A stretch of DNA of 64,000 nt from Octopus vulgaris (GCA_951406725.2 OX597824.1:27156001-27220000), one strand, 5' to 3'. Numbered from the stretch's first letter, positions 15,820 through 31,367 are shown. Translations and numbers: made by a program. Notes: generated by a model from the sequence alone, not told the origin.

Positions 15820-16302
15820 TGGTTACTGTGACATTGATTGTGACATCAGTGATAATAATAATAACTGTGACAATCGAATGGTAGTAGTTTTCTTGATTAC
15901 GATAGTGCTTATGACATTGTTTGTGACAACAGTTACGATAATAACTGTGACAGTCGTAATGATGGTAGTTGTGGTATTATCATAGTGGTTATAACATTGA
16001 TTGCAACAGAATTTATGATAAGAGCTGTGGCAATTGCAATGACAATTGTTGTGGTGATTATGATAGTAGTTATAACATTGATTGTGACAATCGTTATAAT
16101 AGCAGTTGTGACAGTCATAATGGCAGTAGTTGATGTAGTTATAGTGGTTATGACATTGTTTGCGACAGTAGCTATGATAATAGCTGCGACTGTCGTAATA
16201 GCAGTAGATGGGGTGGTTATGATAGTGCTTATGACATTGATCGTGACAGCAGTTATGGTAATAGTTGTGACAGTCGTAATGGTGACAGTTGTGGTTATGA
16301 TA
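15820..16302. repeat. Degenerate minisatellite, about 80-bp period, about 6 copies
   Basis: gatagt(g/a)(c/g)ttat(g/a)acattg recurs at about 15901, 15981, 16062, 16140 and 16221. Confidence 0.75.
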
Positions 16303-16329
16303 CTTCACCACCTCAACTAACTCTGTGGC

Positions 16330-16518
16330 TCCCCATCTTTTTACAATGATTCCAAACACTTTTTATTTAAATGAGTTTTCTCACAGACCCCTTTTAATAT
16401 GCTTATCCTTATGTACATATATATATATAAATAATTTTTGAATTTGGTTCGCGGACCCTTAGTACTACTCTTGCGGACCACCACCAGGGGTCCGCGGACC
16501 TCAGGTTGGGAAACACTG
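16330..16518 (-). mobile_element. hAT (Charlie-like) MITE end
   Basis: Minus strand starts CAGTGTTTCCCAACCT followed by repeated ggtccgc subterminal motifs. Confidence 0.5.
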
Positions 16519-16555
16519 AAGTAAATAAAAAAAGAAAAAAGAAAAAAAACAAAGA

Positions 16556-16897
16556 TAGGTGTAGGAGTGGTTGTGTGGTAAGTAGCTTGCTTACCAACCA
16601 CATGGTTCCAGGTTCAGTCTCAATGCGTGGCACCTTAGGCAAGTGTACTCTACTATAGTCTCGGGCCGACCAAGGCCTTGTGAGTGGATTTGGTAGACGG
16701 AAACTGAAAGAAGCCCGTCCTATATAAATACGCTTTATTTATTATTTTGCACATTACTTAATCATGGGTATATGTTTTATATTTTATATCTAATTTTTTC
16801 TATAGGATGTAATTTTTCTCTATATGGTATAATTTAATTATTTCATTGTTGAATTGATAAAAGGTTGTTTTTTCTAATTTATATATATATATATATT

Positions 16898-16936
<39 letters not shown>

Positions 16937-17147
16937 TCCCCCAACATCGCTTGACAACCGATGCTGGTGTGCTTACGTCCCCGTAAATTATCGGTTCGGC
17001 GAAAGACTGACCGATAGAATAAGTACTAGGCTTACAAAGAATAAGTCCTGGGGGTGGGGGTGGGGATGGGGCGATTTGCTCGACTAAAAAAAGCGGTGCT
17101 CCAGCATGGCCGCAGTCAAACGACTGAAACAAGTAAAAGAGTAAAAA
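16556..17147 (+). mobile_element. SINE family A copy with an AT-rich internal insert
   Basis: Full head and tail; about 170 bp of foreign AT-rich sequence at about 16722-16890 in the central microsatellite. Confidence 0.88.
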
Positions 17148-17224
17148 AGCGTAGAAAGAGTAAACTCCAAATTGATCTGCTGCCGAAATCATCCAGGGAC
17201 GAGATCGATGTTCAAGCAATACTC

Positions 17225-17439
17225 TCTCTTTTACTCTTTTACTTGTTTCAGTCATTTGACTGCGGCCATGCTGGAGCACCGCCTTTAATCGAGCAACTCG
17301 ACCCTGGAACTTATTCTTTTTGTAAGCCTAGTACTTATTCTATCGGTCTCTTTTGCCGAACCGCTAGGTAACGGGGACATAAACACACCAGCATCGGTTG
17401 TCAAGCAATGCTAGGGGGACAAACACAGACACACAAACA

Positions 17440-17495
<56 letters not shown>

Positions 17496-17662
17496 TACGA
17501 CGGGCTTCTTTCAGTTTCCGTCTACCAAATCCACTCACAAAGCTTTGATTGGCCCGAGGCTATAGTAGAAGACACTTGCCCAAAGTCCCACGCAGTGGGA
17601 CTGAACCCGGAACCTTGTGGTTGGTAAACAAGCTACTTACCACACAGTCACTTCTGCGCCTA
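17225..17662 (-). mobile_element. SINE family A full-length copy
   Basis: Reverse complement of the family A consensus, tail-to-tail with 16556-17147. Confidence 0.9.
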
Positions 17663-18594
17663 TAGAGAACGAAACGGAAATTAAACCGAGAGGAGAAGAG
17701 TATTTAAATTAAGCCGCTGCTCTCTATTAGCCACAATTCTTCTATATTTCTTCATAACTCAATATAAGAGAGAGGGAAAAAAATATGTATTAAAAAAGAT
17801 ATTTAAATGCTGTGACAATTTCTGTCAGTTATTAGTTATGTTTAGTGGAATTTACCGTTCTGACAATCTCTCAACATGACACTTAACTGGAGAGTTTGGG
17901 AAGATTTATTTTTTATTATTTTATATGTTTTTTATTTAAACTATGTTTTTATGTTTGTACTGTTGTTTTATTTTTTATTTTTATTTTTATTTTTATTTTT
18001 TGACAGTTTTACCATCGGTTTCTGTTTTATAGCTTTCTCACGTTCTGTTCCTGTTTTTGCATGATTATGTGTGGATATGCGTGTGCGAGAGAGAGGGAGA
18101 GAGAGAGAGAGAGAGAGAGTGTGTGTGTGTGTGCGCGTGTGTGTGTAAATGTGTGTCTCTCTGTGTGAGAGAGATATAGTTAGAGAGTGTGTATATAAAA
18201 GAGAGGGTGAGATAGAGAGATAGAGAAGGAGAGAGAAAGAGAGAATGTGAAAGAGAGGAACAGAGAGTGATAGTATATATGTGTGAAAGAGAGTGTGTGC
18301 GAAAGGGAGTATGTGTGTTCGTGTGTGTGTGTGAAAGAGAGAGAGAGAGGATAGAGAGAGAGAGAAAGAGTGAGAGAGACAGAGTGAGAGAAAGAGAGAA
18401 AAAGCAAGACAGAGTGTGAGAGAGAGAAAATGTATGTATATGCGTGCGTGTGTGCGTGTGCGCGTGTGTGTGTGCATGCATGTTCATATATATGTGTGTA
18501 CCTGTGTCTCTATTCGATTCTTGGTGTACATTCATGTATGTGAATCCTATGAGGGTATGCCTGGGATATATCTCAGCGTAGCATGGTTTGCATT

Positions 18595-18680
<86 letters not shown>

Positions 18681-18973
18681 CACATGTGTGTGTGAGAGTG
18701 TGAACGTGTGGTGTGTATGTAACGACAATTGTAGCTATATGTGTAATTATCATCGTTTGTATCTGTGCTACGTAGACACACACTCGCTCGCACACGCGCG
18801 CACACACAGAGTGGTGGCTCGTCTATAGGTACTGCGGAACTGCAGCGCTCCCTATTTCCACTCGATATTATCGATAACATTCAATATAGTGAGTCCTATT
18901 TTCTTTAATTCTTTCTCTATACGTGTACTTTATATAATCTTTAGGCTTAATGTCAGTAGCCATCCTCTAGTTT

Positions 18974-19130
18974 ATGAAAGAAAAATATATAAAAAGTTTT
19001 GTATTGAACTGTGCGCTTCACAGTGTTTGGCTGTTGTGTGCATGCTCACATGACCGAGATAGGAAGCTTCACGCTAGGGAGAGAGAGCACTGCGCGAACT
19101 ACAGTGCCGACCTCGGTGTTCCGGTGAAAG
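18974..19130 (+). CDS. Candidate upstream (alternative first) coding exon of LMO
   Basis: ATG at 18974 opens 52 codons (MKEKYIKSFVLNCALHSVWLLCACSHDRDRKLHAREREHCANYSADLGVPVK) plus 1 nt, ending at AAG|GTAGTG. Phase 1 matches the GT CCG ATG start of the 49477 exon. Lies in a unique, relatively CpG-rich stretch. No transcript evidence. Confidence 0.3.
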
Positions 19131-19804
19131 GTAGTGTTTCTTTTTGACTCCGCGTGCGTTGTGCTTAAAAACTTGTTTATATTCTTCAATGTGATAAAGT
19201 GTAGAATTAGATTATTATCTTGCTTCCAGCTTCAGTGTTGCTATACGTAAATATTCATATATATGTGAGTTTCTGAATGAGTGTGTGTGTGAATGTATGT
19301 GTGTGTGTGTGAAGACTCGTGGCCTAGGGGTTAGGGCATTGAACATGACTATCGTGGGTTCTCTTCTCGCACCGGGCAGCGCGTTGCTTTCTTGAGCAAT
19401 ATAACAAATCTTACGTTGTTACAGTCTACTCAGATGTAAATAGGTTACGCTGAGACGGAATAGCGCAACATAGAACCCACATTCAACAAATCACACAGTT
19501 ACATCCGGATCAAGAATTTGGTAGGGTACCCCTGGGTTACGGTTGCTGTAAGGATTCCAGTCAAATATTCAATATCTTTTTGTTTAATCTTAGAAGTTCC
19601 TCCAGCTAGTGGAAGACCCTGAGGAGAAGGCCCTCAGACATCAAGTTTCGCAGGCCCCTAACGAGAGCTCGACTCCTTCATGCCTCTTGGGGAATACTGG
19701 CTTACTCCCCTAGCCAGCCGGGTGGTGTCATTCGAAAGCTAAAATAATGTGAAATGCATTGCGACCAGCGATGAATAACAACTTCTGATAGCCTTGTCGA
19801 TACT

Positions 19805-19861
<57 letters not shown>

Positions 19862-20150
19862 TGGAGGTGCAATGCCTCGGTGGTTAGGGCAGTGGACTCG
19901 CGGTTTCGATTCCCAGACTGGGCGTTGTGAGTGTTTATTGAGCGAAAATACCTAAAGTTACACGAAGCTCCGGCAGGGGGGGGGGGGCGATCCCTGCTGT
20001 ACTCTTTCGCTGCAACTTTCTCTCACTCTTTCTTCTGTTGGCCTGCTCGCCAGCGGGGTGGCGTCATTTGAAGGCTAAAATAATGCGAAGTGCATTGTGT
20101 CCAGCGATGTGTAGCAACATCTGATAGCCTGGTCGGTCACGGTGACCACG

Positions 20151-20187
<37 letters not shown>

Positions 20188-20644
20188 GCGTAAAATATAT
20201 ATACATACATATACAGAGAGAAGGAGAGAGAGAGAGAGAGAGAGAAGGATGGAGGAGAAAGAGGCAGAGAGACAGGGAGACGAGAAGACATACAAGCAGA
20301 GACAGAAGCGTATCTCTGATCATATGGAAACAGCAAATGATATATCATATAACTAACAGACAAGACCACCGTAACTAACGTTATTTTTTTCTCTTATTGA
20401 TATTATTTATGACATGTCATAAATATGTTGTGATTTTTTATTTTGCTTACGTCTCCCACCCCATCGCCCAACTCCAAACTAAATACGGTCAAGCTTCGGC
20501 GATGGCTACTCTGTGTCACTTCTAGACCCTGTTAATTACAACCGCCTCGACAGTAGTTGACAAGATAAAATAACCCTGTGCTGTTCAATGAAGGCAAATT
20601 GTGAGATCATCTTTCGTTCTCTTTGTTGTTTTGGTCAAAAACCT

Positions 20645-20990
20645 AAGAGCTTGGTCTCTCGATCAGCTGCGTCCTGCACATAATAACCAAGAGGGTTGCA
20701 GTCTGGGGGAGTTAAGTGGCTAGTTGTTAGGGGTGATGGTGGTCGCAGAAATTGTCTGACAGCCATGAGTCAGTTCTCCTGCTTGTGTGGCATGGTGCAG
20801 AGTCGTTTTGCCAGACATAGGGCAGTCACCCAGTAGCCAGCCTCTTGACCCAAGGAAGCACTACCTCCTCCAGGCACTTGATGTAGGACTCCGTGTTGAG
20901 TCTGAGGCCGTGTGGGAAAATGAATGGAGGCATAACGTCGCCATCACTAGTGGTCACTCCAAACACCATGATGTTGACAGGATGCTTGAT
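20645..20990 (-). pseudogene. Tc1/mariner-superfamily transposase fragment (probably DD37D/maT-like)
   Basis: Minus strand: KHPVNIMVFGVTTSDGDVMPPFIFPHGLRLNTESYIKCLEEVVLPWVKR...YVWQNDSAPCHTSRR...NSPDCNPLGYYV, with stops and frameshifts. Confidence 0.85.
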
Positions 20991-21420
20991 TCTTATCCCT
21001 CTCAGTACACTCTGAAACGTTCGTATTAAAGCTTCCGGCGCGAAATGTCAAACAGGAGAGCATGTCATTTCCAAATGTGTGGCGGTGTGAATTGTGTCAT
21101 GTTGCTGTTTTTCTCACAGACGATGTCCAGCTGACCTTACTATTGTGTGTAGTTGACAAAATCAAAAACAAACAAATTATCGATGATCTTGCTCTATCTG
21201 GTTCTGTAGGGAACTTGCCTCCTTGGTCAGTCCTTAAGATGATGCTTTCCGTAGCTATTGAGTTGTTTTCTCTCATATTTCTAGTAATACTGGTGTTGAC
21301 TGGTGCCATTTACCACTTTATTGATGTATATATTTCTGCCTATATATACATACATACATACATACATACATACAAAATATATATATATATATATATATAT
21401 ATCAGCATGTGTACTTCGTA

Positions 21421-21618
21421 AACACCAGTCGCGTTTTTTCCCCCTGTTCGCCCACATCGGGATCTTTCTTTCTTCTTTCTTCCTTCTCTTATGTTTCCGA
21501 CGAAGAGCTCCGCTCGAAACGTCATACCCTCCTTCTTCCATTTTCCTGAGCGCCTAATAATAATAATACTGTAATTGTTCCACGTGTTGTTGTTTTTTCT
21601 GTTTTCCCGTTTGGATTA

Positions 21619-21622
<4 letters not shown>
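21421..21622 (+). mobile_element. Short non-coding element with a degenerate hammerhead-like core
   Basis: ttCCGACGAA-gagc tcc gctc-GAAACGTC; same 3' end (tttggattaac then (TA)n) as the 42.2-42.4 kb copy. Confidence 0.58.
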
Positions 21623-21664
<42 letters not shown>

Positions 21665-22255
21665 CTAATATGCACCTGCGTGTTTATGTATGTGAATATT
21701 TGTTTATGCATGCTAACGTATATTTTCAGTATGTAAATATATAAAAACATTTTCTTTCTAACCGTTCGCTCAAGATTCATTCCCTTCCATTATTTATTTC
21801 GCATATATCATGGTCATAACTTTCAACTAATTTCGAATTGTGTGTGTGTGTCAATGCGTTAAAGAGCGCTATATGTAGTTTGCCTTTACGATATTTTACA
21901 GATTAAAACGACTGACGCATGCGTGAATATATAATACATATATATATATATATCATAATGTATTATATATATATATATATATATATATGTGTTTCAGTTA
22001 GCTCTAAAACGTATATACTTACAATTATGTATTGTTATTGAAGCTCAAACCAGATGTTGTTTTGTAAGGGTAATTGTTGCGCCACAAGTGCTTCAGTTCG
22101 TTCAAATAATTAAATTACATAGAAAGAATTAGAGCTAAGAAAATTTTAAATGTATCACTAGATTAAATATTTGAAGCCTGAATTAATAGTAATATGAAAT
22201 ATGTTAAAGAGAATTACAAAACATATTTTGATAACCCTACAAGTTCTTCTTGAAT

Positions 22256-22296
<41 letters not shown>

Positions 22297-23269
22297 TTTA
22301 TTAAAATGGATTATATTAGAAATGTGAGCTACATGTACAATATGTGTGTGAGTGTGCATGGGTGTCTATGAGAAAATATTACACACGCAAAAACACACAT
22401 ACACACACGCAGAGGCGCATATGTACATATATATTTGAAATTATTTGTTTTCAAATATATACATATATGTGTGTGTGTGTGTGTGTGTTTGTCTATGAAT
22501 GTGTGTGTGTACCCGCACAGAGACAAAGGAAAACATAAACACATAAACACACACACATAGACACACAGACAGATACACACAGACACACACACATATATAC
22601 ATGCGACACTCAGTTATTTTGGTTTATATTATAGCTAGAAAATAATTAAGTGACATCTGTATGAGCATCTTTGATTTTTTCTAATCTTATTCAAAGAATG
22701 GAACTTTAGGTTCATTGCTTTGATCTTCCGTCTTCAATTTGGTTTCTGATTCGAAAGGCGGCGAGCTGGCAGAGTCGTTAGCACGCCGGGCAGAAAGCTG
22801 AGTGGCATTTCGTCCATCAAAAAGGATTGTTTAAAGATGTTGAGCGAAACACCCATATTTCCAGAGGTGAATTATTGAAACCCTAAATAATTCCTCTCAA
22901 CAAATGGCTAGGATACTCCCCAACTACTTCTGCTCATGTTCAGAGATGCACATATTGTCAGCCACTAAGGGACATGCTCAGCTGGTTAAGGTCAAACAGC
23001 TGATAAGCAAATCTATGGTATTGAGCAGAACATTTGCTGTAGCCCATGTTTTATATCAATACAAAACATGTACATGATAACACTTCCAACCAGTTAAGAT
23101 CAGAAGTATTGTATCAAGGCATTACTTATTATCATTATTATTATTTGTTTTGAGTAGAGCCCTTAGGCATCTCCTCAATAAAGGGCCTTTCCTGCTTCTC
23201 CTATGCAAATGTGGTTAGAATGCCACAGGCTCACAAGACAGACTGTTCAAGCCAAAGTAAACAGAATAC

Positions 23270-23550
23270 CTAAGTTCCAGTCGAATGCAACCGTTGTTAT
23301 GCTTTCCTTCTGGATTCCCACGTGTGACTAACTGAGACTAAAGATATTATCCAGCCATATTCTTGGTCTACTCTTAGGTCTCCTGCGCCATTCTAATCCT
23401 GTGTTTATAGTACTAGAGCTGTGACCACTCAATGTAGAGAATTAGCGGCTTCGCTTGGAGATACTCTGATCTCCAAGCTATGCAATCTGTCAATTAGCGT
23501 TACTCTAGTGAGGGAATCTCATTTCGGCCGCTTGCATTGGTCGTTGTACT
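23270..23550 (-). mobile_element. Decayed RTE-clade LINE fragment
   Basis: Minus strand: RVTLIDRLHSLEIR...RRPKSRPRIWLDNIFSLS*SHVGI...VAFD. Confidence 0.5.
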
Positions 23551-24490
23551 CCTTCGATCATGTGGCTGTGTGGTAAGAAGCTTGCTTCCCCAACCACATG
23601 GTTCCGGATTCAGTCCCAATGTGTGGCACCTTGGGCGAGTCTTTTCTTGCTGTTTAATGACAAAATCTTATATGGATCCCACCGCTGCCGAGGGTCACAG
23701 GGAACTCCGTTAAGAACAACAGTTTTAGACAAGAAAACATCGCCTTTCTTGCCGTTAGTGGAGGTAAGTGGGGAGCCGATGCTTACAATAATAGACGGAT
23801 TCGTTCTAAACACAACTCCACAAGTCAGCAGCGTTTGCACACTGCAAGAATGCATTTAGTGCAGTTTCGTCTCTGTGCATGAATTTCAACATTCCCGTCT
23901 GATAGGACGTCTGTATCTGTAGAGTTTATCTCGAACCGTCAGAGCCCCAAGCTAACGCTATAACATTACCAGTCCAGTGATTTCTGAATACCTGTATACA
24001 ACACGGGCACTTAGGCTGAAAATTACCCCAGGACTCTGATAGTGGATTTTTTTTATCAATCGCGATTGAATGAAGACGAAGTTGACTGTGGCCAGTCTTG
24101 AACATGGAACGTAAAAAGATGGAAGAAATACTTCAGCGCGCTGGCAAAATCTTTACTACACATCCATACTTGCACCTATATTTACATTAGCAAATAACGC
24201 CGACAGAAAAATAAGTAAACGACTTACTCAAAATCCCTAAAGATTCTCTTAAGATTACATACATGTTTGAATGTACACGTGTACATGCAAACATGTAGTA
24301 CGTTTCGTTATATAATGTTACGCTACTTCCTCTCTGTGATTATTTATAAAATTATCACCGCGAAACCCAGAAGAACAGTTCAAGGAAATTCAATCTGTAA
24401 TAAAACATAGAAACTTTAATTTAAGTATTGAGTTCTATTTACTTCGTTTGTAAACACAAATGTTCAACCCAACCGCCACATATATATAGA

Positions 24491-24554
<64 letters not shown>

Positions 24555-24685
24555 TATAGATATAAACATATATAGTTATATACTCATATACATATATACT
24601 TATATACATATGCATATATACATATATAAATATTTAAATTTATATATATATATATATGCATATATATAATTATCTATATTGTAGA

Positions 24686-24726
<41 letters not shown>

Positions 24727-24834
24727 TTGTGTTTGCGTGTGTATGGATATATATATATATGTGTGTGTACAAATGTACATTTACATATGCATGCATATAT
24801 GTATATTCACATATGTATACATACACATATGTAC

Positions 24835-24883
<49 letters not shown>

Positions 24884-25020
24884 ACACATGCTTGTATTTT
24901 CATATACCTGTCGTGTATATTTTTCTGTACTATGTCAACAGTATTATAAGCATAATGGCATTAATGTTTAACGTTAATCCTTTAGGATTTCATTAAACAA
25001 GAGAGAGAGAGAGAGACAAT

Positions 25021-25096
<76 letters not shown>

Positions 25097-25544
25097 AGAA
25101 CAGACAAAGAGTAACAGAGAGAAAAGATGAAAAAGAGCAAAAGATTGACAGACCACCTAACAGAGAGATACGGAAAGAGAGAGAGAGAGAGAGGGAGGAA
25201 GAGAGAGAGAAAAAGAGCAAGAGTATAGCATAAGTGTGAAAGAGTAAGAGAGTTGGTGGATGGGTGGATGGGGTGGGTAAGGTGAGTCTGTATATTGATG
25301 ATCGGATCGGATTAAAGCAGAAAGAAACCATTTCAATAATTATCCAAACAGTTGCTGCGGATTATGGGAAGTAACACTCGAGGATTATATAGGAAACCTT
25401 GCAATATTTTCGGCAGTTGTCGATGGGTAAGATGGGGGATTTGGAGTGAAATCATTGGAAGCCATGTCGAAGTTTAGAGTTATATATCAACTTGTTGTTG
25501 TTTCTGATGTTGCTGCGGTTATTGTTACTATTTTTGTTGTCCTC

Positions 25545-27300
<1,756 letters not shown>

Positions 27301-27689
27301 TTTTCGCTGCCGTCGTCAGCATCATTATTGTCTATGCCATCATCATTTACAATTCGCTTCTCTACATACTTTGCTGTTGCTGTTTATCCTCCAGATTCAA
27401 ATCTGAAGCTGTATGTAAGTCTATGGATGTAGAGCGCTCCTTCTGTGACTCATCTGTTTATGAGCACACACACACACATACACATACATGCGCACTTCTG
27501 TTTATACATGCAGATACCCATGCGTACTCTTTTGTTCGTACACACAGACACCTATGCGCACTCCTTTGTTTATGCACACGCTTACATCACGACTGCAGGG
27601 CAAAACAACGACCTCTTTGCTATTTATGGTACATGTGAATTTATACGAAAATATAGGCATTTATTCGCTATAAACAGTGATCGAGAACC

Positions 27690-28020
27690 ACTGGTCTGTT
27701 GGCTATGGTGAAAGGGGCACGAGCAGTGAACAAGACCGACTGGAATTGACGAAAGACACCCTTCTCTTCGGTCAAGTCCTCGTCCACATTTTAGTAATGT
27801 TTCACTTGGAAATGAGTGAAGCTGGAGAAGGAAATATTCTCTCTCTCTCCCAAAAAAGGATTGATAATTGTGGAAAAGTGTTTAGGGTGAATGGAATTAC
27901 ACTAAGAATGCCTCTGTAGATTGGGGAACAATATTTGGGCGCGGGTTCGTGCCTTTGGTGGCAAGGGTGATTCTGGGTGTGTGGGGTTCCTTCATTGGCC
28001 CTACCTGAAGGTTCTACTGT
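27690..28020 (+). mobile_element. Second decayed copy of the same Tx1/L1-like 3' end
   Basis: LELTKDTLLFGQVLVHILVMFHL...VFRVNGITLRMPL* aligns with the 10.2 kb peptide. Confidence 0.5.
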
Positions 28021-28459
28021 ATCAAGAGGACTGCGTAATAGATGTAATCACATGTTCTGTATACTTTTATCTCATTTCATCTTCTTCACTTTCACCTACC
28101 ATACTGCCAAATTGTAAACCGACCTTTCTCCTGCAGCAAAGAAATGAAATTTCCATCACCATCACCTCCATCATCATCATCATCAAGGTCTTCGTCATCG
28201 TCGACGTCGTCATCGCTATCATCATTATCGTCATTATTCTTTTCTACTTTAGGCACAAGGCCCGAAATTTTCGGGGAGGGAGTGGGGGCAGTCGATTAGA
28301 TCGACCCCAGTACGCAACTAGTACTTAATTTATTGACCTCGAAAGGATGAAAGGCAAAGTCGACCTCAGCGGAATTTGAAATCAGAACGTAGCGGCAGAC
28401 GAAATACCGATAAGTTGCTATTGTTGCAGTTGTTGCATCTCCTTCTCCTCCTGCTGCTG

Positions 28460-28540
<81 letters not shown>

Positions 28541-28641
28541 ACTAGTCCCAGTGGTAGTAGCCGTTGTGTAGGAAGCAAAATTGGAGTGTAACAGAATATT
28601 GGTTAAATGTATCCAACAGATGCACACACACACGCACACTT

Positions 28642-28675
<34 letters not shown>

Positions 28676-29730
28676 CCACTCACACAGTCACACACACTTA
28701 CACACACATACTGGCCCATAAATGCTCTATATACACACATCACATATACGTACACACACACACATATATATATGTGTGTGTATATGTATATGCGTATATA
28801 CATGTGTATTTATATATGTGTACGTGTGCGTGTTTGTGGATGCCTGTCAGCGTATGTAGGTGTTTGCGTCTGTGTGTATGAGTCTATCTCTGTGTGTGGA
28901 ATATGTTTGTGTGTGTGTGTACTTAAAGTTAGATGAAATACAAACATAAAAAGGTTAGGTGGTGAAGATAAGAAATGATGGAGAATTTAGTTCATATTTC
29001 CATAAGAATCTGATTAAACTGTTACATAAACAGGGCATCGGCACCACCACCACCACCACTACCATTACTACCACTACTACCATTACTACCACCACTACCA
29101 TTACTACCACCATTGCTGTCGCAGTCGCCACCTCCGCCACTGGCATCTCTATACTATTGCTCAACAACATTAAAACTTCTTTACAACATGCTAGGAAGCG
29201 GCGAGCTGGTAGGGTCGCTGGCACATTGGATAATATGCTTAATGGCATTCCTTTCGCCTCTATACGTTCTGAGTTCAAATCTTGCCGAGGTCAACCCTGC
29301 CTGTCTGTCATCCCATCCCATCCGGGTTGTTGAAATAAAGTAGCAGTTAAATATTCTTTTCTGCTCTAGGCACAACGCCCGAAATTTTGGGGAGTGGGCT
29401 AGTCGATTAAATTGACCCCCAGTGCACAACTGGTACTTAATTTGTCGACCCCGAAAGGATGGAAGGCAAAGTCGACCGCGGCTGAATTTGAACTCAGAAC
29501 GTAAAGACAGACGAAATACCTATTTCTTTACTACCCACAAGGGGCTAAACACAGAGGGGACAAACAAGGACAGACACATAGATTAAGTCGATTACATCAA
29601 CCCCAGTGCGTAACTGGTACTTAATTTATCGACCCCGAAAGGATGAAAGGCAAAGTTGACTTCGGCGGAATTTGAACTCAGAAATTTGCGGCAGACAACA
29701 TTTCGCCTAGCGTGCAAACGTATATTGGAC

Positions 29731-30062
29731 TATTCTGCAGAGACCTGAATGAGTGGAAATCCGAAGGAGCAATATCTGGTGAATATGGTGGGTGGGGTAA
29801 CACATTTCAGCCGAGTTGCAGCAATTTTTGTCTTGATCCCAAAGATTCAAGTGCCGAAAATGGACTTCCTTATCTCCCATTTTAAAGGGTTACAGAATTA
29901 ACACAGGTTATAAGAACATAAATCTTCTTCCACGAAAAGATAGCTTAAACTGTGCCCTAAATGGAGGTGTAGACAAATCCTATTTTATGGACTCAACCAT
30001 GTCCTAAAATACGTCGAAAGGTAAGCTACTATAAATCGGCACGAACTTTCCAGACAACCTAA
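29731..30062 (-). mobile_element. Second, truncated copy of the same deleted mariner family
   Basis: Reverse complement of about 59620-59950, including the TIR, the HPPYSPDIAPSDFH motif and the same deletion junction. Confidence 0.88.
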
Positions 30063-30139
30063 TATATAAAAAGATTATTAAAATATTTTGTGTATTATAG
30101 AAGCATAACCAATTTATTGCGGATTAATCCTTACTACAA

Positions 30140-30765
30140 AATCTCATATGAACCCTCAGCGGCCAAATGGACCCCCCAAGAGCCATATTGATCTCCAAGG
30201 ACCATATGAATCCTCCAATGGCTATATGGATAACCCAAGGGTCATATTGACCTCCACGGACCTTATAGATCCCCATGGGCCGTATCAATCCCCCAATAGC
30301 TATATAGACCTCCAAGGGCCATATACATCTACAAGGGCCATATGGATTTCCCAAGGGACATATAGATTCCCCAAATGCCATTTAGACTCCTAAGGGTCAT
30401 ATAGACCCCCAAAGGCCATATTGACCCCCAAGGGCCATATGATAGCCAAATTTTATTTAGTTATGTATGTAAATATAATACGTCTTTAAATGAGAGTTTG
30501 TTGACTAAGGTGACCATCCCTGGTTTGGAAAAATCAGTAATCTGAAAAAGTCTTGGAAGCGAAGATTCTCAAAAATCGATGAATCCGCCCCCTCAAGGCC
30601 ATATTGACCCCCAAAGGCGATATGATAGCCACATTTTATTTAGTTATGGATGTAAATAAAATACGTCTCTAATTGGGAGTTTGTTGACTAAGGTGACCAT
30701 CCCTGGTTTGGAAAAATCAGTAATCCGAAAAAGGCTTGGAAGCGAAGATTCCCGAAAAATCGATG
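30140..30765. repeat. About 20-bp minisatellite followed by an about 180-bp direct duplication
   Basis: ggccatat(t/a)gacccccaag-like units at 30140-30445; about 30413-30582 is duplicated at about 30594-30763. Confidence 0.85.
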
Positions 30766-31330
30766 TTGTACCTGTATTACTGAGGAGCTGAGATTTTACC
30801 TGGTTCCTTGTGCTTCGAGAAATAACAGCCAAATCTCCCGCAAATCGCTCAACGTAGACATTTTTGTTTTTGTACTTTCAAATGAAACACGATGGCTTGG
30901 CGTAGTACGGAGTGTATTTACGGAAAATAATTAGGCATGTTGGCCACGCATGGATCAAATCCTATTTGGTAAAGGGTTAAACTGCAACAACAACAACAAC
31001 AATAACAATAAAATATCGCTAACATCAATATATACAAATATACATAAAACGACATACACAAAAACAATAAAATAAAGGAGAGAAAAAAAAAAAACTAACA
31101 TGTATTATTAATACTATAGATAGAATATTTATTACTGTTATTATATACATATAAATTTTATGGGCGAAAGATAACCTTTATTATTGTTATCGTATACATA
31201 GAAATTGTTCAAACTTGTGGTATATATGCTTTATTTGGCCGTTAGGTTTTCTTATCGATAACTGAATCTCTGCTTTATACAAGCAAGCAATATAGTCTTG
31301 AGTGGTAAAATGTTCTGTGTGTGTGTGTGT

Positions 31331-31367
<37 letters not shown>

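Noticed and set aside
15820-16302. Regularly spaced repeats suggesting a CRISPR-like array or repeat protein
   Set aside because: Whole units are mutually similar with no unique spacers and no cas genes; this is a eukaryotic minisatellite.
22830-23105. Probable additional interspersed repeat
   Set aside because: Only one copy in the window and no diagnostic termini, so it cannot be supported from this sequence alone.
25255-25290. Strong donor AAG|GTGAGT as an LMO coding exon end
   Set aside because: Nearby ATGs give a stop or phase 2, incompatible with the phase-1 acceptor; could only be non-coding.
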